Source: an uncultured SAR86 cluster bacterium
Lineage (GTDB): Bacteria; Pseudomonadota; Gammaproteobacteria; Magnimaribacterales; Magnimaribacteraceae
Assembly (NCBI GenBank): GCA_902618945.1
Contig: CACNCK010000003.1
Location: 24,252 to 88,251 of the forward strand
Reading direction: 5' to 3'
Length of the DNA stretch: 64,000 nucleotides
Position numbers and translations under genes: made by a program. The notes below the pieces were generated by a model. The model did not search any database. It was not told the DNA's origin and saw nothing but the letters and a program-made list of their open reading frames with translations. Position 1 is the first letter of the stretch. Every line of letters begins with the position of its first letter. Shown in pieces: positions 10,189 to 20,065 of the stretch.

Positions 10189-10247
10189 AAATTCTAAAAA
10201 CTTGAATATTTTAAATGTATTTCACCTACAATAAACTTTTTTTAAGC

Positions 10248-10862
10248 ATGGGCAAATTATTTGTTATATCGGCACCATCTGGAACCGGCAAGACCTCTCT
10301 AATACAGGCTGTTCTTGAGGATCCAGTTGCCTGTAATACTTATCGGGGAATTTCTTTTACAACCAGGAAGGCAAGACCGAAAGAAGAGAATGGTGTTTCT
10401 TATTTTTTCATATCACAATCGAGTTTCATGGAAAAAGTAAAAAATAATGATTTTCTAGAATATGCAGAAGTATTTGGTAATTTTTATGGTACTCCTAAAG
10501 ATTGGGTACTTTCAGTACTTTCTAGAAAAGAAAATGTGCTGCTTGAACTTGATATTCAAGGTGCATTACAAGTCAAAAAAGCTTTTCCTGAAGCAAAGAC
10601 TATATTCATTATTCCTCCTTCTTATGAGGATTTAACCAAAAGACTCGAGTCTAGAGATCAAGATTCAAAAACGGAGATAGCTAAAAGACTTAAAGAAGCT
10701 AGAAATGAAGTCAATATTGGGAAAGATTTTGATCAGGTAATAGTAAATAATGATTTTGATGCAGCGTTAGAGGATTTGAAACAATTTATGTTCACATCAG
10801 AGGGGATAACTAATGAGAGAACTGAAATTATCAAAAATTCTCTTGATCTATTACTGGATTGA
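10248..10862 (+). CDS. gmk: Guanylate kinase
   Basis: SAPSGTGKT P-loop, TTRKARPKE, FLEYAEVFGNFYGT; start placed at ATG 10248. Confidence 0.96.
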   Translation: MGKLFVISAPSGTGKTSLIQAVLEDPVACNTYRGISFTTRKARPKEENGVSYFFISQSSFMEKVKNNDFLEYAEVFGNFYGTPKDWVLSVLSRKENVLLELDIQGALQVKKAFPEAKTIFIIPPSYEDLTKRLESRDQDSKTEIAKRLKEARNEVNIGKDFDQVIVNNDFDAALEDLKQFMFTSEGITNERTEIIKNSLDLLLD

Positions 10863-10877
10863 AGCTTAAGTTTGCAT

Positions 10878-10891
10878 TAGAATGCGCGTCC
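10878..10891 (+). promoter_or_regulatory. -10 element with GC-rich discriminator upstream of rpoZ
   Basis: TAGAAT followed by GCGCGTCC, about 30 nt before the ATG; no clear -35. Confidence 0.5.
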
Positions 10892-10912
10892 ACACATTAA
10901 AACACTAAGAAT

Positions 10913-11185
10913 ATGGCTAGAATTACGGTAGAAGAAGCTTTAGAAAAAGTCAGTACAAGATATGAGTTAATTATACTTGCCGCTAAAAGAGCCAGACAGT
11001 TGGCTACTGGTGGAAGGCGCCCTACTCTTGAGTGGGAAGACGATAAACCTACAGTAATGGCATTAAGAGAGATTGAAGCTGGAACCGTTACAACTGATAA
11101 TATTAATGAGCTAAAAGTTGATATTGCAGATTTAGAACAAGAGTTCTCTGATGAGCTCTCAGCTGAAGATCTACCTCAATCTTAA
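10913..11185 (+). CDS. rpoZ: RNA polymerase omega subunit
   Basis: [36 protein letters not shown]. Confidence 0.97.
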   Translation: MARITVEEALEKVSTRYELIILAAKRARQLATGGRRPTLEWEDDKPTVMALREIEAGTVTTDNINELKVDIADLEQEFSDELSAEDLPQS

Positions 11186-11251
11186 AAAACCTAAAAATAT
11201 TCGCATTAAGCTCTAAAAACAGGGATACTTGATCTCTGAATCAATATTATT

Positions 11252-13393
11252 ATGGAATCAATTGGAGCCCTATCAAAGAAACTGTCAGACTATTTAGATC
11301 CAAAAAAGGTTAGACAAGTTAATAAAGCGTATAACTTTGCTTGTGAAGCTCATTCTGGTCAGTTTAGATCCAGTGGAGATCCGTACGTTACACATCCAAT
11401 AGCTGTTGCATCAATCTTGAGCTCTTTCAGGATGGATGAAGATAGTCTTTCAGCTGCTATGCTTCATGATGTCATTGAAGATACAGGTATCCCGAAAGCA
11501 ATTATAGAAAAAAAATTTAATAGGGATGTTGCCAACCTTGTAGATGGAGTCAGCAAACTAGATAAGCTTTCAATATCCAATCGAACTGAGGCTGAAGCTG
11601 AAAATCTCCAAAAAATGGTTTTAGCAATGTCTAAGGACATTAGGGTAATCGTCGTAAAACTTGCAGACAGGCTTCACAATATGAGAACTTTGATGTATCT
11701 CCGTAGAGAGAAGCAAATAAAGATAGCAAAAGAAACACTAGAAATTTATGCCCCAATTGCCCATAGGATTGGCATGAATAATTTATATCGTGAACTTGAA
11801 GACTTGGCATTCAAAGTTATTTATCCAAAGCGTTATGAAAGGCTCACCTCCGCCGTTAAAAAGAATAGAGGCGGTCAAAAAAGAATATTAAATAAAATAC
11901 AAAAGGAACTTAGTAAGAGACTTCTAGATCAAGGTATCCCTGCTTTAGTGGAAGGGAGAGAAAAGCACATCTATAGTATTTATAGGAAAATGAAAGAAAG
12001 GCATAGGTCCTTTGAAGAGATTATGGATGTATATGCCATAAAAATTATTGTAGACACTCCAGAAAACTGTTATCGCACTATTGGCCATATTCATAACCTA
12101 TACAAACCTGTGGAAGGTCGTTTTAAAGACTACATAGCTATTCCCAAATCGAATGGATATCAGTCCCTTCATACGGGTGTAGTCGGATTGAAAGGATTTC
12201 CCGTAGAAGTTCAAATAAAAACACAAGAGATGAACGATATGGCAGAAAATGGGATAGCTTCTCACTGGCTATATAAATCAGGTGATAAGTCAGATTTTAA
12301 TCCTCAGATAAGGGCAAGGAGATGGGTAGCTGGTCTTCTTGAGATGAGAGAAAATTATGATTCTACCGAAGAGTTCATTGATTCAATAAAAACTGATATT
12401 TTTCCAGATGAAATATATGTGTTTACTCCACAAGGTAAAATCATTGAAATGTCTAGCGGCTCGACTGCTATAGATTTTGCATATGCAGTCCATACAGACA
12501 TTGGCCATCATTGTAGAGCATGCAGAATAAATAAAAGACTCGCTCCTCTAAGTGTACCTCTAGAAAGTGGTCAAACAATTGAAATACTTACCGAGAAGGT
12601 TCCTCAAACCTCACCTGCTTGGTTAAATTTTGCAGTAACACCGAGGGCGAGAAATGGCATTCGTCACTATCTAAGTAACTTAAAGACCTCTGAGGCAAGA
12701 AAATTTGGAAAGAAGCTGCTTGATCAATCATTGACGAATATGGGAATTAAGTTAAGAGAAATAGAAAAGAATGACTTACGCAAAGTATTAAAAAATATTG
12801 GAGTAAGAAGTCTCAATAAACTGCTTGAGGAAATAGGGTTAGGTCAGAGAGTAGGTAATATTGTGGCTCAGCAAATAACAGGGTTCTTGAAAGATGATGA
12901 TATTGAGCACAAGGAAGTTGTGCCTCTTGAGATTACCGGATCAGAAGGTCTGATTGTTAATTATGCAGTCTGTTGTAAACCCATTCCTGGAGACTCTGTT
13001 ATTGGCCATTTCACTGCCGAAAGAGGTCTCGTCATACACCAAGAAAGGTGTAAAAACATCCTATCTGTCAGAGAAGATCCTCAACAGTGCTTCCCTGTAA
13101 ATTGGGGTAAACCCTCCGGAAGGTCCTTCCTAGTTCAAATAAAGGTAATTGCGAGAGATGAGCCAGGCCTTCTTGCAAATTTAGCTGCTGTAATTACTGG
13201 CCTGGATACTAACATAGCTTCTATTCAAACAATGGATACAAATACTGAGTTACATGAATTTATTCTTGACCTTGAAGTGTCTGATAGAACACATCTATCC
13301 AAGATATTAAGAAAAATAAGAACAGTAAACAATGTCGTTTCTGTAAGCAGAATACATGACTGGGAGATGAGGCAAGCAGCAGCATTACACTAA
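11252..13393 (+). CDS. spoT: Bifunctional (p)ppGpp synthetase/hydrolase
   Basis: Intact HD motif (LHDVIED), RFKDY (RxKD), GYQSLHT, TGS, CCKPIPGD and ACT regions. Confidence 0.96.
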   Translation: MESIGALSKKLSDYLDPKKVRQVNKAYNFACEAHSGQFRSSGDPYVTHPIAVASILSSFRMDEDSLSAAMLHDVIEDTGIPKAIIEKKFNRDVANLVDGVSKLDKLSISNRTEAEAENLQKMVLAMSKDIRVIVVKLADRLHNMRTLMYLRREKQIKIAKETLEIYAPIAHRIGMNNLYRELEDLAFKVIYPKRYERLTSAVKKNRGGQKRILNKIQKELSKRLLDQGIPALVEGREKHIYSIYRKMKERHRSFEEIMDVYAIKIIVDTPENCYRTIGHIHNLYKPVEGRFKDYIAIPKSNGYQSLHTGVVGLKGFPVEVQIKTQEMNDMAENGIASHWLYKSGDKSDFNPQIRARRWVAGLLEMRENYDSTEEFIDSIKTDIFPDEIYVFTPQGKIIEMSSGSTAIDFAYAVHTDIGHHCRACRINKRLAPLSVPLESGQTIEILTEKVPQTSPAWLNFAVTPRARNGIRHYLSNLKTSEARKFGKKLLDQSLTNMGIKLREIEKNDLRKVLKNIGVRSLNKLLEEIGLGQRVGNIVAQQITGFLKDDDIEHKEVVPLEITGSEGLIVNYAVCCKPIPGDSVIGHFTAERGLVIHQERCKNILSVREDPQQCFPVNWGKPSGRSFLVQIKVIARDEPGLLANLAAVITGLDTNIASIQTMDTNTELHEFILDLEVSDRTHLSKILRKIRTVNNVVSVSRIHDWEMRQAAALH

Positions 13394-13394
13394 T

Positions 13395-13775
13395 ATGAAA
13401 AAAAAAATTAGCTCTAAAAAAGCACCAGCAGCAATTGGACCATATTCTCAAGGAATAGAGACTGAGAATTTGATATTTTTATCAGGGCAAATACCCTTAG
13501 ATCCCGAGACTATGCAATTAGTTGAAGGAGATGAAAATCAGATTCGACAAGTTTTTAAAAACATTGATGCTCTTTGTGCTGAAGCTAATCTAAATATGGA
13601 TCATATTGTTAAACTCAATGTCTCTCTTCATGATCTGTCACTCTTCAGTTTGGTTAATGAAATTATGAAAGAATTATTTACTGAGCCTTATCCTGCAAGA
13701 GCCGCACTTGAGGTAGCTAGACTGCCTTTGGACTCTTCTATTGAGATAGAGGCCATTCTAGCCAAAACCATTTAA
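13395..13775 (+). CDS. ridA: RidA/Rid family enamine/imine deaminase
   Basis: APAAIGPYSQ, SGQIPLDP, PYPARA, IEIEAI. Confidence 0.9.
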   Translation: MKKKISSKKAPAAIGPYSQGIETENLIFLSGQIPLDPETMQLVEGDENQIRQVFKNIDALCAEANLNMDHIVKLNVSLHDLSLFSLVNEIMKELFTEPYPARAALEVARLPLDSSIEIEAILAKTI

Positions 13776-13779
13776 ATAA

Positions 13780-15864
13780 ATGACTGAAGAATCTAAAGAT
13801 CTTCATTCAATCCAGAAACTTAAGGGCGTAGGTCCAAAAAGTGTAATCTCTCTTAATAATTTAGGAATATTTAATATTCGAGATGCTGCTTTTCATCTTC
13901 CCTTTCGTTATGAAGATAGGAGTTTTATAACTCCTATAAGTTCAGCGAATTATCAAACACCAGTTTTGATTGAAGGCGAGATTATGAAATCTACAGTAGT
14001 CTTTAGAGGCCGAAGAATGCTTTTTTCGGAGATTTATGACGGCACCGGAAAACTGACTATGAGAATGTTCAATTTTGCAATGGCTCAACATAAGGCCTTA
14101 GAAAAGGGAAAGATGATTAGATGTTATGGAAATATTACTCCAGGCCCAAATGGTAAACAAATGATACATCCTCAATATCAAGTATTCGGTAAGGAAGATT
14201 CGATAGAAGTTGAAAAGAATCTTTCGCCGATATATCCGACAACTTCGGGGATGCAACAAAATAAACTCAAAAAGATAATTGAGAACGCACTGATTTACTG
14301 TGATGAAAACAATCTACTGAAGGAAGAATCGGAAAATAAGGATTATTCTGAATTTGGTAATCTTTTAGAAACTTTAAAGTTTCTTCATAAGCCACCTGTA
14401 GAGACCAATCTTTACGAATTAATTGAAGGTAAGCATCCAGCTCAACAAAAACTGATAAAAGAGGAACTAGTTGCACATATGCTATGTGCAGGTATTTTAA
14501 GGAATGAACTTGAAGGAAGAAAAGGACCATCAATGGTAAAAAATTCAATCTATGAAAAAGATTTTTTTGACTCTCTGCCTTTCAATTTAACAAATTCGCA
14601 AAGAAAAGTTTGGGATGAGATTAGGGATGATATGTTGGCCACGGTTCCAATGAGAAGATTATTACAAGGTGATGTAGGATCAGGTAAGACAATCATAGGA
14701 GCACTAGCTTCTCTTCATGCTAAATCTAATGATTGGCAAACCGCAATATTATGCCCTACTGAAATATTAGCTGAACAACACTTTACCTCTTTTTCAGATT
14801 GGTTCGAGTCTCTAGGTATAAAAGTGAGTTTGCTAACAGGATCTACAAAAGCTAAAGATAAAGCGCTATTAATTAGAGAACTGGCTGAAGGTAATATAGA
14901 CATTCTTATTGGAACTCATGCGATATTCCAACAAGGAATTAAATTTAAAAATCTTGGCTTAACAATCATAGATGAGCAGCACAGGTTTGGAGTTCATCAG
15001 AGATTTTCAATGTTAGAAAAGGGAGGAGAGACGAATCAGAGTCCACATCAATTAATTATGACTGCCACCCCAATTCCAAGAACTCTGGCAATGACGGTTT
15101 ACGGCTCTCTAGAAACATCCATAATCGATGAGCTCCCACCGGGTAGAAATCCAGTTCAAACGTCATCCAGACCTGACAAACTTAGAGAAAAGGTCATCAA
15201 AAGAGTAGAAGAAGTTTGTTCAACCGGGAAAAGAGCTTATTGGGTTTGTACTTTAATAGAAGATTCTGACGAGCTAGAAGCTCAATCAGCAGAAGAACTA
15301 TACAATGAGATTTCAAATTCGTTACCAAAAGTTAAGGTTGGGCTTGTGCATGGCAGGCTTAAGAAAGATCAAAAAGATTCTGTCATAGAAAATTTTAGGA
15401 ATGGAGATATACAACTTTTAGTTTGTACTACAGTTATTGAAGTAGGTGTTGACGTACCAGAGGCCACGCTAATGATTATAGAAAATCCGGAGCGATTAGG
15501 ATTATCTCAATTGCATCAATTAAGAGGTCGTGTGGGAAGAAAAGCTAACACTGATTCTCATTGTCTGCTTCTTTATAAAGAACCTCTTTCTGGTCTTGCT
15601 GAAGAAAGAATAAAGACTATGGAAAAGACCAATGATGGTTTCAAAATAGCAGAGAAAGATTTGGAATTAAGAGGAGCTGGAGATATTTATGGTATTAGGC
15701 AGTCTGGTCTAATGGATCTGAAGATTGCAAACCCGATTAGAGACTCAAATCTATTGTTGGTTGCTCAAGAAGAAGCTATTGAACTAAGCAGGAATGAACA
15801 GGGGTTCGCTAAGACGCTTGTTGATAGATGGATAGGCAATAGAGTCGATTATTCTGATTCTTAA
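13780..15864 (+). CDS. recG: ATP-dependent DNA helicase RecG
   Basis: LQGDVGSGKT, DEQHRFGV, MTATPIPRT, QLHQLRGRVGR, DLELRG. Confidence 0.97.
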   Translation: MTEESKDLHSIQKLKGVGPKSVISLNNLGIFNIRDAAFHLPFRYEDRSFITPISSANYQTPVLIEGEIMKSTVVFRGRRMLFSEIYDGTGKLTMRMFNFAMAQHKALEKGKMIRCYGNITPGPNGKQMIHPQYQVFGKEDSIEVEKNLSPIYPTTSGMQQNKLKKIIENALIYCDENNLLKEESENKDYSEFGNLLETLKFLHKPPVETNLYELIEGKHPAQQKLIKEELVAHMLCAGILRNELEGRKGPSMVKNSIYEKDFFDSLPFNLTNSQRKVWDEIRDDMLATVPMRRLLQGDVGSGKTIIGALASLHAKSNDWQTAILCPTEILAEQHFTSFSDWFESLGIKVSLLTGSTKAKDKALLIRELAEGNIDILIGTHAIFQQGIKFKNLGLTIIDEQHRFGVHQRFSMLEKGGETNQSPHQLIMTATPIPRTLAMTVYGSLETSIIDELPPGRNPVQTSSRPDKLREKVIKRVEEVCSTGKRAYWVCTLIEDSDELEAQSAEELYNEISNSLPKVKVGLVHGRLKKDQKDSVIENFRNGDIQLLVCTTVIEVGVDVPEATLMIIENPERLGLSQLHQLRGRVGRKANTDSHCLLLYKEPLSGLAEERIKTMEKTNDGFKIAEKDLELRGAGDIYGIRQSGLMDLKIANPIRDSNLLLVAQEEAIELSRNEQGFAKTLVDRWIGNRVDYSDS

Positions 15865-16796
15865 GAAGCTTTTCCTAATACATAAAATTTTCTTTTAGGT
15901 GCAGGGTATCCCTCTACGGTGATAGATTTGTTTTTCAAATTTAAAGCTGATTCAAATGATTTAAATGGCATCCAATTGGTGCTTCTTTGCTCTCTGTCAT
16001 TTGTTACTGCTAGATCGCTCTCAGCGTAAACTTGTAGACTAAGATCTCTAAAAATCGACTTACACCCATTATCAGTATGGACAAAATGAACATTTGGCAT
16101 TGATGCATATTTTCCCTTCGAAGGTTCCAGAGCTATGCCGCATTCTTTTGGTGAGATAATTGTTTCAAGAACCAACTTTCCATTTTCTTCTAATAGATCT
16201 TTTAAGTTATTCAGGTGCTCGGTAGGATTTCTTTGGTGATACAAGAGGCCCATACTAAATATTACATCGAATTTAGAATTTTTTAATCCTGACTCTTCTA
16301 TGCGCTCAGGGATCATCCTGATATTTTCGGAGTCAACGAAATGATTAATGGCAGAGAATTGTGAAACGTGAACTAGGTTAGGTTCTAAACAAAGAACTTT
16401 ATCTGCGCCCATGCCCAACATTCGAAAAGCATAGTATCCATTACCAGATCCTACATCTAGAATGGACTTACCATCTAAGTCAATATTAAGTTTTTGAAAT
16501 CTTTTCCATTTTTTTGCAGAGTCCCATTCACTATCAATAAATATATCATTTATTCTAAAAGGGCCCTTCCGCCACGGGATTAATTGCAAAAGTAAGCTTT
16601 CTATTTCGTCATTGTCTTGAATATCAAAATCTATATTAATCCCATTAATTAATTCCACTTCTGCATTTAGAATAGTAGGCAATCTACCTAATATTTCTAA
16701 CCAACTTTCAATTCTTCTGTCTTTCTTTTTACCAAATGGATTATTTCTATATTGGTAATACAATGTCTCTACTTCTTTAGAAATAAACATGTTCAC
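15861..16796 (-). CDS. cmoB: tRNA cmo5U34 carboxymethyltransferase
   Basis: PWRKGPF, IDSEW, LDVGSGNGY, MGLLYH, YASMPNV, TVEGYPAPKR. Confidence 0.93.
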   Translation of the reverse strand: MNMFISKEVETLYYQYRNNPFGKKKDRRIESWLEILGRLPTILNAEVELINGINIDFDIQDNDEIESLLLQLIPWRKGPFRINDIFIDSEWDSAKKWKRFQKLNIDLDGKSILDVGSGNGYYAFRMLGMGADKVLCLEPNLVHVSQFSAINHFVDSENIRMIPERIEESGLKNSKFDVIFSMGLLYHQRNPTEHLNNLKDLLEENGKLVLETIISPKECGIALEPSKGKYASMPNVHFVHTDNGCKSIFRDLSLQVYAESDLAVTNDREQRSTNWMPFKSFESALNLKNKSITVEGYPAPKRKFYVLGKAS

Positions 16797-17515
16797 TTTG
16801 AAAATACAAAGGTCCTGAAATTTAAATTAGATAAAACTTTCTCAGCCCTTATAAAACCAACTTTTCTTGCTCGTGAAATATGTTCTCCTTCACATTCCGT
16901 CTTTAGGATCCCTTCCAGAGAATCTCGTTTTCCAGAAATTTCTAAATCTGAGTAACCATTTGCTGATTTAAATAGATGATGTGTATTGATAATTCTTTGA
17001 TTCTCAAATTTATTTTCATAATGAACTTTCTCTGACAAAATTAGAATCCCATGCGGGATTAAGGCTTTAAATATTTTTTTGAATAGAATATCTCTTTCTT
17101 CCAATTCCAAAAACTGAATGAGATAGTTTACAACTATTAGAGAAGCATTCTGTAAATCACTTTCCATGATATCTTCATTCAAGAAAGTTAACGAGCTAGG
17201 ATTTTTATATTTTTTAAATTTACGCTCACACTCATCTATCATGGCCTCTGATTTATCAATCGCAATTATTTTAGCTTTGTTTGCGCCTTGAAGGATTGAA
17301 AAGCTAGAAGCCCCTAGTGAGCAACCAATGTCATAACAATTTGTATCATCCTTATAAAAGTTTTTAGCATAATGCGTAATAATTTTTAAACTAGTTCTAT
17401 AGCCAGGAACAGATCTTTTTATCATATCTTCGAAAACTTCTGTTACCTCTTCATTGAAGGTAAAGGGCAAACCACTTAAGTTACCTTTTTCATAAATATT
17501 ATCCTGCTTTCCCAT
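16793..17515 (-). CDS. cmoA: Carboxy-SAM synthase
   Basis: FTFNEEVTEVFEDMIKRSVPGY, YDIGCSLGA, LSEK, NGYSDLEISGKR. Confidence 0.93.
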   Translation of the reverse strand: MGKQDNIYEKGNLSGLPFTFNEEVTEVFEDMIKRSVPGYRTSLKIITHYAKNFYKDDTNCYDIGCSLGASSFSILQGANKAKIIAIDKSEAMIDECERKFKKYKNPSSLTFLNEDIMESDLQNASLIVVNYLIQFLELEERDILFKKIFKALIPHGILILSEKVHYENKFENQRIINTHHLFKSANGYSDLEISGKRDSLEGILKTECEGEHISRARKVGFIRAEKVLSNLNFRTFVFSK

Positions 17516-17545
17516 AAGAGCTATTGTAGAATCTAAAGCCTTAAT

Positions 17546-17989
17546 ATGCCTAATTACTCCATAAAATCGCCTGAAAGTAATGAAGAATGGGAAAGCTATC
17601 TCCTATTTAGATGGGAAGTACTTAGAAAACCTTTAGGTATGTCAAAAGAATCTTTAGCAGATTCGATAGAAGATAAAAGTTTTCATTTGATGGGGATAGA
17701 TGAAAAAGAAAATGTAATCGCTTCAGGCAGAGTGCATTTCAATTCTGAGAATGAAGCTCAAATAAGATACATGGCCGTAGATAGTGAGTTTAAAAGAAGG
17801 GGTATAGGTTCAGAGATTGTTGATAGATTGGAAAAATATGCAACTTCTAAAGGAGCGGGAATTATGGTTTTGAATGCGAGAGAGGAGGCAATAAGATTCT
17901 ATTCAAGTCTTGGTTACAAAGAGGTATGTCCATATCATTCTGATACAGGCATACCTCATAAAACTATGAAAAAAAGTCTTCTTATTTAA
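17546..17989 (+). CDS. GNAT family N-acetyltransferase
   Basis: RWEVLRKPLG, AQIRYMAV, RRGIG, LNARE, FYSSLGY. Confidence 0.85.
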   Translation: MPNYSIKSPESNEEWESYLLFRWEVLRKPLGMSKESLADSIEDKSFHLMGIDEKENVIASGRVHFNSENEAQIRYMAVDSEFKRRGIGSEIVDRLEKYATSKGAGIMVLNAREEAIRFYSSLGYKEVCPYHSDTGIPHKTMKKSLLI

Positions 17990-19992
17990 AGCAAAGGAGC
18001 AATTACTAAACTTACAATTGCCATTACATTAATTAGAATATTCATTGAAGGTCCTGATGTGTCCTTGAAAGGGTCTCCAACAGTGTCACCAACAACAGCT
18101 GCTGAATGAGTATCAGTTCCTTTTCCGCCAAGGTTTCCTTTTTCAATGTACTTCTTAGCATTGTCCCAAGCACCTCCAGCATTTGCCATGAATAATGCCA
18201 TAAGCACGCAAACTAGAAGACCTCCCGCAAGCATTCCACCCAAAGCTTCAGCTCCAATTCCTAGTCCAACTAAAGGTGGTGCCGAAACAGCAATAACTCC
18301 GGGTAGGAGCATTTTCTTAAGTGCTGCTGCTGTTGCAATATCTACACATTTCGCAGTATCAGGCTCTGCATTACCTTCTAAAAGTCCTGGGATTTCTTTG
18401 AATTGTCTTCTTATTTCATTAATCATCTCAAAGGCGGCATCTCCAACAGCTGTCATAGTAATTGAAGCTATTAAGAAAGGTATTGCTCCTCCAATAAATA
18501 TACCTATTAGTACTGTAGGATTAGATAAAACAAGTTGAAGTGGCTCGGCCCTATTAGCAGAAACTGTTTCAACAAAAGCCGAGATGATTGCTAATGCTGC
18601 TAAAGCAGCAGCTCCGATAGCGAAACCCTTACCAATGGCAGCGGTAGTATTACCTTGCTCATCTAATTCATCTGTAATTACTCTAGTCTCAGAAGGCATA
18701 CCTGCCATTTCTGCTATCCCTCCAGCATTGTCTGCAACAGGTCCATAAGCATCTATAGCCATGGTTATACCTACAGTCGACAACATACCGACCGCTGCAA
18801 TACCAACACCATAAAGGCCAGTTAATTCAGTTGAAATATAAATAATGAGAATAATGCAAGCTATAGGCAGTACTACAGATTGCATACCTACTGAAAGTCC
18901 TGTGATCATTACGGTCGCAGAGCCAGTTTGGCCAGATTCAGCGATCTTTATTACTGGGCTAGAGCCAGTATAGTATTCCGTAATTAACCCAATAGCTATT
19001 CCACCTACTGAACCACAAACAACAGCCAACCAAACATCAAAACCATTCGTTCCAACTAGAGCATTAGTTAAAAAATAAGCTGCTAAGATAAAAATAAGTG
19101 GCGCACCCATGGTGCCCCATCTCATTGCATTTGCAGGTGAAGACTTAGAAAATAGTCTAACAATTACAATTCCTAGAATAGACGCTATCAAACCTATTGA
19201 AGCCAATGCCAAAGGTAAGAACATCATTCCATCTTTGTCTGCTTGAGAAAATTCAGAAGTTATGAGATAAGTTGACGCTATTGCTATACAAGCCACCATT
19301 GAACCGCAATAAGATTCAAAAATATCTGAGCCCATCCCAGCTATATCACCTACATTATCTCCAACATTATCAGCTATTACTCCAGGATTTCTTGGATCAT
19401 CTTCTGGAATTCCAGCCTCTACTTTGCCCACTAAGTCTGCGCCGACATCAGCACTTTTGGTATAGATCCCTCCACCAACCCTTGAAAATAGAGCCACTAT
19501 AGATGCACCCATCGCAAATCCTTCAATTGAATGTGCATCACCACTTAGTATATAGAAGAGCGTACCTAGACCAATCAAACCGAGTGAAGCCACACAAAGA
19601 CCCATGATCGAACCGCCATAAAAAGCTACGGATAAAGCTGCTTCAGCACCGGAGTCAGAAGCAGCAGTTGCTGTTCTTACATTTGCTTTAGTAGCAGAGT
19701 ACATACCTATCCAACCAGCTATAGAGGAAGATAAGGCACCTGCGAGAACAGCTATTGCTGTACCTTCACCCAAGGAAAACCATACTAAAACTATGACAAT
19801 TAATGCAAAAATGCTTAAGTAGGTATATTCGGTCTTCATGAATGTCATTGCACCAAGATGTATTTGGTCACCGATTTTCTTTACACCCTCATCTCCTTCA
19901 GGAAACCTAGTAACAACTAGATATATACCCAAAGCAACTAATAAGCCCAAAACACCGAGCATTGGTGGTACAGCAAGATAACTTTCTAACAT
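17986..19992 (-). CDS. hppA: Membrane-integral pyrophosphatase, K+-dependent, likely Na+-pumping
   Basis: [57 protein letters not shown]. Confidence 0.96.
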   Translation of the reverse strand: MLESYLAVPPMLGVLGLLVALGIYLVVTRFPEGDEGVKKIGDQIHLGAMTFMKTEYTYLSIFALIVIVLVWFSLGEGTAIAVLAGALSSSIAGWIGMYSATKANVRTATAASDSGAEAALSVAFYGGSIMGLCVASLGLIGLGTLFYILSGDAHSIEGFAMGASIVALFSRVGGGIYTKSADVGADLVGKVEAGIPEDDPRNPGVIADNVGDNVGDIAGMGSDIFESYCGSMVACIAIASTYLITSEFSQADKDGMMFLPLALASIGLIASILGIVIVRLFSKSSPANAMRWGTMGAPLIFILAAYFLTNALVGTNGFDVWLAVVCGSVGGIAIGLITEYYTGSSPVIKIAESGQTGSATVMITGLSVGMQSVVLPIACIILIIYISTELTGLYGVGIAAVGMLSTVGITMAIDAYGPVADNAGGIAEMAGMPSETRVITDELDEQGNTTAAIGKGFAIGAAALAALAIISAFVETVSANRAEPLQLVLSNPTVLIGIFIGGAIPFLIASITMTAVGDAAFEMINEIRRQFKEIPGLLEGNAEPDTAKCVDIATAAALKKMLLPGVIAVSAPPLVGLGIGAEALGGMLAGGLLVCVLMALFMANAGGAWDNAKKYIEKGNLGGKGTDTHSAAVVGDTVGDPFKDTSGPSMNILINVMAIVSLVIAPLL

Positions 19993-20065
19993 TATTTCTC
20001 CTCAAAAAAATTGGAATTTCTTCTCCTAGCGCGTAGTCTAACGGTATAGAGGTTTAATTAAAATA

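Noticed and set aside
11220-11238. Weak hairpin CAGGGAT-acttg-ATCTCTG between rpoZ and spoT
   Set aside because: 7 bp with a G-U pair and no U tail; insufficient evidence of function
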